NCBI GenBank assembly: GCA_951406725.2
Contig: OX597824.1
Coordinates: 36,704,001-36,768,000 of the forward strand
Source of the DNA: Octopus vulgaris
Lineage: Eukaryota
Length of the DNA stretch: 64,000 nt
Direction: 5' to 3'
The notes beneath the pieces are model-generated. The model was not told the DNA's origin, ran no database searches, and saw only the letters and a list, made by a program, of their open reading frames with translations. The position numbers and the translations under genes are program-made. Positions 54,330-64,000 of this stretch are shown piece by piece. How positions within the stretch are numbered: the first letter of the stretch is position 1; each line of letters starts with the position of its first letter.

Positions 54330-54543
54330 CTTTTCTACTCTAGGCACAAGGCCCAAAATTTGGTGGGAGGGGGCCAGTCAATTAGATTCACTCCAGTACG
54401 CAACTGGTACTTAATTTATCGACCCCAAAAGGATGAAAGGCAAAGTTGACCTTGGCAGAATTTGAACTCAGAACATAAAGACAGACGAAATACCTCTAAG
54501 CATTTCACCCAGCGTGCTAACATTTCTGTCAGCTCGCCACTTA
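54330..54543 (-). mobile_element. SINE family B
   Basis: Core ATCGACCCCAAAAGGATGAAAGGC on the plus strand. Confidence 0.85.
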
Positions 54544-55078
54544 ATAAAGTTATAATATATGTGAGGTTAATGTCAAAACTTGAGTTATTCTATGACATAA
54601 CATTGTTGTGTGTTTAATATAATTGCTTATTGAAGGGTACACATTTTAGCACAGAATTCAATAAGAACCTGCAACAATCAGAAAGCAATTTAAAAAAATG
54701 AAACTAATGCTTTTTTCAGAGATTTCAATCTTTTAAAAGTGAAACGACAAAAAGGTAACATTTCACATTATCTAATAACATAACCCCAAACAATTAGAAT
54801 CTCCCCTTTTTTTTTTAAGTAGCAATCAAAACAATTTATTAAACAACATGCAATAATAACTGTCATATCTTGAAGTTTGCAACAGTTATGGACATCACAG
54901 AGAGGAAAAGAATTTACAGCTGTCATTTTACAAAATAAAACCAGCATTTCTAAAAGAGAAGTTGTGCTTGTAAAATTGTGTGGGTGCAGCAGAGTTTTTA
55001 CATGGTGCTAAATGCAGAGAAAAAAACTCGTTTTAAAAAGCTGGTAACAAATAAAATATATAAAAGTTGATTCCTTAC

Positions 55079-55190
55079 TTTTTTGAGCTATACACCTACG
55101 CCAGTTTTTCTGTATAATTGTAGCTTTGCCACTCAGATACTGCTGCCGCTGTTCTTCCAAAGGTTCAAACACAGAATTACGTAAAAATAC
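55079..55190 (-). CDS. Unconventional myosin exon: end of motor/converter domain + IQ1 (VFLRNSVFEPLEEQRQQYLSGKATIIQKNWRRCIAQK); probably MyTH4-FERM class (Myo22/Myo10-like)
   Basis: Minus strand: acceptor ctctcttAG|GTATTTTTACGT, donor CAAAAAA|GTaagg. 112 nt, phase 0 to 1, no stops. VFLR completes the myosin 'TKVFLR' motif and IQKNWRR is an IQ motif. Too short for the ORF track. Confidence 0.93.
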
Positions 55191-57482
55191 CTAAGAGAGG
55201 GAGAGATGGAAAGGGAAAAAAAATTGTGAGAATTCAGAGAAATTGATCAGTTTAGTTGGGTTTTTTTTTATAATGCATTACGACCCATAAAAACCAGCAA
55301 ATAGCGATAGTAAAAGAACGCCAACATGCAGGACTCAAGAATTACAGACTGATGTGTTTTACATGTTTTTTCCTGCAATATTAAGAGTTTATAAAGAATG
55401 AAACTAGTTTCATTAGATCAATCTATAAAATTGTTCTTTGTTGTTTGAAGCACAGCTCAAGGATTCCATAAACATAACAATTTGCAACATTGCCAAAAGA
55501 GAACACCTCAAATGTAAAGCAGGAATAAAAATAACAGTAATAACAATAACAATAAAAATAATAATAATAATAATAATAATAATAACCTCAATACATATTA
55601 GCATGTCTCTCACCACCACTACCACCATCACCACCATCATCATCATCATAATCTTTGATGCTGTTATCATTGCATAACATTCTTGTATTCTGACTTTAAT
55701 TTTCACTGGAGTCAATGGAATATATACAAGTCAAATAGAGGAATTAATACAGTCTTCTAAATGCTGGTCCTACAGATGGCGTACCTATATTAAACATCAT
55801 TGTGATGATGGCCTCTTCTTTGTAAAGGGTATTTTCCTTTCATTTTAAAGAGTAGGTGGTGTTCTGCTGTCTGGTGGTGATGGTGAAAGATTCAGAGTCA
55901 ATATGAGAATGCCATACCATTGAACTGAAGGTACAATTCAATTGATGGGCTTCTATACAGTTTCCATTCACCAATTTCCCTTGCAAGACAAGGAACAATC
56001 CAAGGCTACAGAAAATTAAATTTGCCCAAGATGCCACGGAGTGTGGTTGAACACACAACCTCCTGGTTGCTAATGAACTCCTAAACCAATGATCATGTCT
56101 GGAAACCTCATGTCATATTCAGATTGTTGAAAAAATCGATAATAGGACCCCTGGGAGGGATCCTTATATATATCTAATATATTTTATTTTAAAAACCAAG
56201 AGAAATAACCCATTCACTTCCAGAAGGGATCTTTATATATAGCAAAGGGAAATAACCCATTCATTTCCTTAAATTATTTGGTAAAAATGAAATTGAGTAT
56301 GCTTATTTCTTAGTATTTGAACTGTTATAATTTATCCAGCACATGCCTTAAACAAGTAAATAGTATTTTCCTAAACAATAGATCCACTTATTTCGGTTAG
56401 TGACTTATTCACGAATATACCAACACTATCATCATCATCATCGTTTAACATCCTCCATTTTCCATGCTGGCATGGGTTGGACGGTTTGATGGAGGTCTGG
56501 AAAGCCAGTGGCTGCACCAGGCTCCAATCTGATCTGGCAACATTTCTACAGCTAGATGCCCTTCCTAATGCCAACCACTCTGAGAGTGTAGTGGGTGCTT
56601 TTTACATGCCACCAGCACAGGAGCCAGCCAGGGTACCCTGGCATTGATCACGTTTGGATGGTGCTTTTTACATGCCACTGGCACATGAACCAGTCAAGTG
56701 GACCTAGCATCAACCACGTTCAATAGTGCTTTTTACAGGAGCCAGTTAGGGGAAACTGGCATATATATATGTATATGTATGTATGTATTCATTTGTCTGT
56801 GTTTGTTCCACAACCATCGCTTGACATCCAATGTTGGTGCGTTTATGTCCCTGTAACTTAGCAGTTCAGCAAAAGAGAATGATAGATTAAGTACTAGGCT
56901 TACAAAGAATAAGTCCTGATGTTGATTTGTTTGACTAAAGGTGGTGCTCCAGCATAGCCACTTTCAAATGGCTGAAACAAGTAAAAGAAAAAAGTAAGAA
57001 ATATATATATATATATACATATCCCATTCTTCTTTCAGAATCGATCATTGGTCTGTGGCCATGCTGGAGCACCACCTTCAAGGATAGGTTTTACTTGTTC
57101 TTGTTTAACTTTGACTTTAACTCTTCTAAGCTTGCAATGGTTAAACAATAACTAACATGTAAACCAATTGATATTTATCTTCTTCCTCCTCCATAAATGT
57201 GGATTTCTAACAATGTGGAGAAATAAATATAAAACAGATCAATATTATTGAAGTATTCCAGTAACTTTGGCGGTCAATGACACCAATTGGAAATAAATAA
57301 AATATCTAAATTAGAAATAGAATCAAGTTTCAGAGAATTGGTTCACAAAACTTTGTATTAAAAAAAAAAGAACATTTGGCTAAAATAATTACTGTGCAAG
57401 AATTTATTTTAAGATGCAAGCAAACCATTCCAGTCGCGACCATCCAAACTGTTTTAACGCTATAAAGGAATACATTATTTAA

Positions 57483-57703
57483 CCCTTTAGTGTTTAAACT
57501 GGCCACATCCGGCCCAATATATTCTACATGTTTTATATTTGAACTAGGCATATCTAGCCTCTCACACCTAACCTACATTGACATTCTAAAAATAAATATT
57601 CACATCATTGAAACCTCAAAGCTATAAGATAATGCATGATTAATTCAAAACAATTTGAGTGAAAAGGCATTACATTTAACAGAGTAATCTGAACATTAAA
57701 GGG
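57483..57703. mobile_element. piggyBac-type MITE (family 2)
   Basis: TTAA|CCCTTTAGTGTT...AACATTAAAGGG|TTAA. Confidence 0.8.
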
Positions 57704-58342
57704 TTAATGCATTTTCTATACTTTATCTAAGATAGTCAGATGTGATTTGACATCTATTTCAAGAATTCAGTTTGTAAGTAAAATATGCTTGAACCAAAAA
57801 ATGGGACTAGATTTCAGAGATTGCCATCCTTAGGTAGTTTGATCAGAACATTACTATTCCAAAAATAGTAAATTGGCAGGAAAATATAAATTCAAGTTTT
57901 CTTTTAACCCTTAATCCATAAATGAAGCAGTGAATGAAGAAATTTAAATTTTGCAAGAAGTCCTCTTCTGCATTTTTTCCTTGTCTCTCACATTTTGTTC
58001 TGGTTTTCCAGTAATTTTCTCAATTTTTACTCAATGTAATTCAATAGAATTTCATGGAAGATATTTCTATCAAATCCTATTTAACATAATGTCATATAGC
58101 TCCATAAAATGCAATATACAATAATTTTTGTTAAAAAAAAAAAAAAAATGAAGATTTAAGAAGCAGTCAATAAGAAACAGGAAGAAAAAGCTGATTTTGA
58201 AAGAAATTTGAAAACAATTGAGACAATAAATGAATTTGAATCTGAAAATTAAATGAACAGAAGAAAATAATTCCAAAATAAAACTCTAGAATTGTAGAGT
58301 AAATAACAAGTAAATGAATAAATAAATGAAATAAAGAAAGTC

Positions 58343-58480
58343 ATCATGATGATGACGATGATGATGATGATGACGATGATGAAGGCGATGATGAAGACGA
58401 TGATGACAATGACGACGATGACGATGATAATGACGACGATGACGATGATGATGATGATGAGGAGGAGGAGGAGGAGGAGG
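58343..58480. repeat. Degenerate (GAT/GAC)n(GAG)n microsatellite
   Basis: Direct reading. Confidence 0.9.
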
Positions 58481-58599
58481 CTTTCTCTTAAGTTTTTATT
58501 AAAAAAATGATGATAATAAGCACAGGCCTAACTGCATAGGTAAAAGAGTGCATTGGAATGTTGGCTGAGCACGTAGATTCGAAGTAGCAGAAAAGATTG

Positions 58600-58990
58600 G
58601 TATATGAACACAAGCCAGAGGGTATGATGGAGAATGAGAATCACAAGATGTTATGGGATTTTCCCATAAAGACTGATCATACAATTGAAGCAAGAGGACC
58701 ATGGAGAATTATGCAAGAGAAAATAATGAAACAGTGCAATATCATATGATAACAGGGTGGAATATAAAAGAAATTGAAAGACAAAAGAAAAACATGAGTA
58801 ATGCCAGGACCTAAGAAAACAATTATTCCCGTGGCAATTGGTGCTCTTGGCACAACGCTTAAACTGAAGGATATTGGAATTAAGACTTGCATTATCAACC
58901 TACACGAAAATGTAATATTGTGTTCTGCAAGAAATGTAAGGAAGATGATTCAGATTTGAAGGTACTTGAGACCGGACCTCAAGACAACAT
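58600..58990 (+). mobile_element. RLE-type (R4/Dong-like) non-LTR retrotransposon 3' end
   Basis: Reads ENENHKMLWDFPIKTDHTIEARGP...IPVAIGALGTT...LKDIGIKTCIINLHENVILCSARNVRKMIQI*, matching the LWDF..QTD....RRPD / GALG motifs. Confidence 0.8.
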
Positions 58991-61154
58991 CCCTGATGAC
59001 TGATAATACATGTGATAGTGAGAAGAAGAAGAGGGAGGAGGAGGAGGAGGAACAATTGCAAATTTAATTTATCATGTAAAAATTTTGATCAAGTTGTTAA
59101 GTTGATCTATGGTCAAATGTGTTCAAGCAGTGACCATAAGTCTGTTCAGTTTGTTCAGTACCAGACTTAAAAAGAAAAGAATAGTAAGTACTTGAGTTGA
59201 TTCATTTGACTAAAAATTCTCGAAAGTGATGCCCCATCATGGCCACAGTCTAATGATTGAAACATGTAAACGATAAAAGATAACTAATTAGTTGAGAGGT
59301 TATCAATGTAGTAGCAATATGAGAGAGAGGGGAGAGAGAAGTAGAGAGAGAGAGGAGAGAGAAGCAGAGAGAGAGGGGCACAGAGAGAGGGGAGCAAAGA
59401 GAGAGAGGAACAGAGAGTGAGAGAAGGGAAGAGGAAGAGGAGAGGAAATAGTGATCTGTAAGTTAGTATTGAAATGTATTGGTGGAAAAATCCTTGCCAG
59501 TCAGTGAGAAGGCTGGGTGGTGGGATGTGACTCTTTGGATGTGACTCTGACTTGAGTTTTCTGAAGAATCGGCAACTGATCATGTCTGAAGTATTATCAG
59601 GTTTTGAATGGGAAGACTGATTTTTGAGAGACAATTGTTGCTGTGTTCTAACAAATGAGAAATGTCAGGAGAATTATAGGAAATTTTACCGGAAAATTTT
59701 TTTTTTATAGGAAAATTCACCATAAAAATATGATAATTGCAAAAAAAAAAAAAATTATCTGTTTTCTTAAGATGGCAACTTCATCAACTAATATTAACAA
59801 TTAGAGAAAGGTAACTTCCTTGAAATGAGTTATTTATTTTGGTTACAGTTTACTGATGTATCTCCTTTATGACAAAATTTCCTGCAGCAAATTATCCTGC
59901 AGCAAAAATGTTTATGGTGAATTTTCTGAACATGGTCAGGAGAGATCATCTTAGTTATAGACAGAAAACCAATCAGCGCTAGAAGAGAAAGTATCAGGGG
60001 ATGAACAAGGGAGGTGTATATAGTACCACATAGAGAAGTTGGGGAGAGAGAGAGATGAACAGAAGAGATGCTTAATGAAACAGTCTGAAGGTGACAGTAT
60101 GAATTTGTAATGAGGAATATTGGTGACATGGAGGTGGAGGTGAGACAACAACTGAAGATGGGAAAGAGAAGCTAAAAGAGGGTGGAGAGTATTTAAAAAA
60201 AAAGGTGAATAAAGGAGAATGGGTGGAGAGTGAGAGAAGGGCAGGGGAAGGAAATGAAGAAAAACGTAGAGTAAAGGGGAAGAATGGAAGAAGAACTCGG
60301 TCAAGACAGAAAGGGAGTAGAGAAGGAAAAAGAAAGACAAGTTCGAAGTGAGACAGCGGTGGGGTATATGAAAGGGTGGAGGGTGAAGTAATGATAAAGA
60401 AAACAAGGAAGAAGGAAGAGGAGGAAGAATAGATGAAGGTATGGAGGAGATAGACAAAGGGAGGGGCTGGAGGAACAAGGTGATGAAGAGGGAGATACCC
60501 AGTGGGGAAGGGTAGAAGAAAAAGTTCTTCACTATAGAATAATGTGGTATATATTAAATGTAAAGCAATAATATCTAATCTCAAAATAAACCCCTTGGGA
60601 GTTGAATCCCCTCATAAAACACAACAAAAAACATTAAATGTTCAGTTTTACTATTATTTATAAAAATGAAACCAGAATTAAAGTGATAAAGACAGCAAGA
60701 AAGTGTTTAGCACCAGACCTTGTATAGAATCATCAAAGAGTCTCAAGCAAGAAGAATAAACCAATTTCTTTACCAAGTATTGAAAAGGGGAAAACAAGAA
60801 TAGGAATAATTAATTAGAGAAATTTTGAGAAATCTTTTATTGAACATTGCTTCAACCAATGAAGTATCAATAAATCAGATGTTTTCACATGGGTGAACAG
60901 AAGTGAGGGATGGGGGTGAGGAACTAGATAAATAAATAACAGAGCGAATGGCATGAGATGATGCCATAGTAAAATATTGATGTTGGTTTTGAAAAGGGGT
61001 AAAAATATGAGTGGCAATCACTTCAATTTTTCATATATCATCAAGTATTTTTATTCCTGTAGAACCAAGTTTTTGAAGATTACCAAATTCTTAAAACCCA
61101 TTTCCTATTTCCCATCATTATCAGTAACAGTCTGGCAGTATTTCTACTTTCATA

Positions 61155-61372
61155 AGGCAGCGAGCTGGCAGAATCGTTAGCACACCAGGCAAAATGTTTA
61201 GTGGTATTTTGTCTGTCTTTACATTCTGTGTTCAAATTCTGCTGATGTCAGCTTTGCCTTTCATCCTCCTGGAATTGATAAAGAAGTACCAGTTGAACAC
61301 TAGGGTTGATGTAATTGACTTATTCCCTCCCATGAACTTGCTGGCCTCATGCTGAAATTTGAAACCAATATC
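61155..61372 (+). mobile_element. SINE family B (diverged); further diverged copies near 11317, 25320 and 63500
   Basis: AAGGCAGCGAGCTGGCAGAATCGTTAGC head, GCCTTTCATCCT core. Confidence 0.8.
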
Positions 61373-61399
61373 TCTATCTTCATATACTACCAGATGGGG

Positions 61400-63180
61400 C
61401 TGGAAAATTGATGATAAGTTGTGACCCTGAGGAAATAATGCTAAATGCATCAAACCTTTTACCAGTGAAAGAAATCATGTTTTTCAAAGAGGAAAAGAGA
61501 TTTTTTGCACAAGGACAAGGCCAGACGCTTTTTTTAAAATTCTTTTACATAATCAGAACAGGCTGTGCCTCTGACTTTTGAGACCAACAAAATTAAGCGT
61601 TTATATTTAACTTGAATATCTACAAGTTGATTATTGTAGAGAAATGGGGGCAAGAAAGAATTCCAGAAAGTTCGATTTCAGATGTTTTGGGAAGATGAAA
61701 CTTACTAACAAGTTGTAGTGAATGACTTCCAGTTTAAGTTAAAGTCTGTTAATGTTGGGAAAAAATTAGGAAGAACTGTCCAGGTGATTTCTTAGATACC
61801 ATAATTTAGCTTATGCTGTTTATAAAATAAATTTAGTAAAGAAGAGGGAAGAAATGATTGCAACACAGGAACTGTGAACTCCTACTTCAACCATTGACTG
61901 TAGACCAGCTAGATGTCTCTGGCCATAAGTAGGATACCAATCATAAACTAGGAAAAAGAGAATATAGTATCATGGACCAACTGCTAGAACAGTCTTACAA
62001 GGTATTATCCATAGGATTAAACTTCTCACCTGATCAACCAGAAGGAAGATTTTTACAGAGAGACTTTTATTCCATCTGTACATTCTGATAAACAATAGTA
62101 CTACTTGAATGCAATAAAGTTAATTCCTTAAACCAAGTTATGACTGAATGAATTTTACCAAAGATAGAATTGTTGAATAGAGTGGCATATTGGGATACCC
62201 CAGCTACAAAAGAGAACTATGGTGTTTTATTGTGGTACTAGTACCAAAGATGTCTTGTTGGACTCAAAAAGCCATTGACTGGTTGCCAGTACTTCAAATG
62301 GACAGCCTTTGCAGCAACCATTGATGTTAAACAGTAGAGTGTTGTAATGCTTCCTTGATAAGTTCAATGATTGAATCTTCATGGTACTGAAGGAGACAAG
62401 ATTAGCAAGATCCTATTGGAGGATTTTATTTTTTATGGTACTGTTCATGGAATTGGTGCAGATTTGGTATGAAGCATAGAGGTTGCATGAGGATAACACT
62501 TGACTGCATAAGGTTAGGGAGGGATGAAGTATGGTAGCATCTGGAGTAGGATTAGCTGTTGTTGAAGGAGATAGGAAGAACATTTTAAATGGATAGGAAG
62601 AACATTTTAAATTTTGGAACTTAGAGCACATAAAACTTGATATAGTGAGTGTCGGAAAAAAAACTCCCTTGGTATATTATACACTGTGATGATGTAATTT
62701 GACATGAAGTGAAGCAGTCTAAGAGGTGAGAGCCAGAGAGGAGGCCATAGACAACATCAGCATGTGTAAGTATGACAGCTAAAGAGAGTTGTGGGCTCTG
62801 AAGTCACCAACAGTAATGACTTCAGAGAAGGGTGAGGGCAATAAATGTCTTTGAGATGGGAAGGGATATCATCAAAGTGTTGTTGGTATTAGAAAGAATT
62901 TGTAGAATGGTAGAGGAATCACATATATCAAGATGAATGGAGGGGAAGGAGACTTTGAACAAGAGTATAGTTGCTAATGAGGGCATAAAATCTAGAGATA
63001 TGCAGACACCACCTTTCAGAGAGTAGAGATGGATTAGATATAATGTGCAAGAGATTTATAATCCAAAGAAAAATAGGATGTGTGGAGCCTTGGCTGGAGC
63101 ACAGTCTACAGACATCAGAGAAGGCAGAGGAGAATTGCTTACCAATTTTAGTATTATCTTTTGATATCAAGGGAAATGCA
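61400..63180 (-). mobile_element. Degenerate CR1/Jockey-group LINE (APE endonuclease to RT)
   Basis: Minus strand PSPFSEVITVGDFRAHN (APE GDFN.H motif) near 62780-62840, within a long decayed coding-like tract. Confidence 0.6.
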
Positions 63181-64000
63181 AAAGGTACCAGTACACCATG
63201 AGGTTATTACCATTATATCCATATTACATGCCATTTCTATTTTAAGCTACATGAGCTTACAAAGGAAGCTTCTATGTGGTCACTCAACATTGTAGAAATA
63301 GCAACCAAGTCTCTTGTGAATCACACTTTATTGCCTGAAAATACAGATGTCATCTTATATACACTAAGCCTAAAGAAAAGAGACCATATGATCATAGCTG
63401 AAACAACTTTAATCACAGGTCTACACAGTCTGGCTTGACCTAGGGTTAAATAACAACTTTCAGCTTCATTAAACACATTTTAATATTGCCTCTATCTAAT
63501 AAAAAAATTAAATTTCTCACATAGGGAGAAGGTCAGAAATTCAGGGAGAGTGGGAGGGGAAAAGGCAGTTAAATTGATCCCAGATTTTGACTGGTTCAAG
63601 TTATCAACTCTTGAAGGATAAAAGACAAAGTTGACTCCGGCAGGATTTGAAATTAAAGAGACAAGAACAAATTGTGTAAGGCATTTTATGTGATGCTCTA
63701 CCATTCCTGCCAATCTACAGCCCTTAAACACAACGACAAAGTTGATGGCAACAACAATGGTGACAGCAATGTGGAGATAGTAATGGTGGTGACGGCAATG
63801 TCAATGACTATGACGACGGTGACTATGATGACAATGACAGCAATGATGACAGCAAATGTGAGTGATGATAGATTTAGCATAAGTTGGAAAATAACAAGAA
63901 TCTAAAGGGTAGAGGAAGTTAAACATACTGTTGTATCATTATTAATACAAAATAAGAAGACACTACTATTTTCTTTTTTTTTGACAGTTTGCCTCAGTTG

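Noticed and set aside
58343-58480. Asp/Glu-rich reading frame with variation mainly at third positions
   Set aside because: Explained by T/C transitions in a (GAT)n microsatellite; no splice sites or flanking coding sequence.
59284-60584. Long L/S/P/F-rich minus-strand ORFs (116-193 aa)
   Set aside because: Low-complexity purine/pyrimidine-biased tract that avoids stops; no domain signal.

Overview
AT-rich, microsatellite-dense animal genomic DNA. The SINE families and the (TA)n/(CA)n/(TATG)n/(TTA)n load point to an octopus (coleoid cephalopod) genome; this is an inference. Almost all ORFs in the supplied track are microsatellite or SINE artefacts. The window lies mostly in introns of a minus-strand unconventional myosin gene, probably of the MyTH4-FERM group (Myo22/Myo10-like). 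Two exons are well supported: 55079-55190 (end of motor 'VFLR' + IQ1) and 37602-37708 (IQ2 + start of IQ3). They have GT-AG sites and splice in frame across a 17.4-kb intron. A third coding-like segment (33157-33450) ends in the same phase and could be an alternative first exon of a motor-less isoform. The rest is tRNA-derived SINEs (at least 4 families), RTE/CR1/RLE/Penelope retroelement remnants, an internally deleted mariner, and pogo- and piggyBac-type MITEs. The most striking unexplained structure is a set of about 10 fold-back (palindromic) units with mutually unrelated arms, mostly next to (TA)n/(TG)n tracts. Several share a conserved 3' tail ending 'TTT(A)(T/C)CCTAT', and several carry minimal type I hammerhead ribozymes. 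This suggests a Penelope/retrozyme-related hairpin element system that loads the myosin pre-mRNA with long dsRNA.
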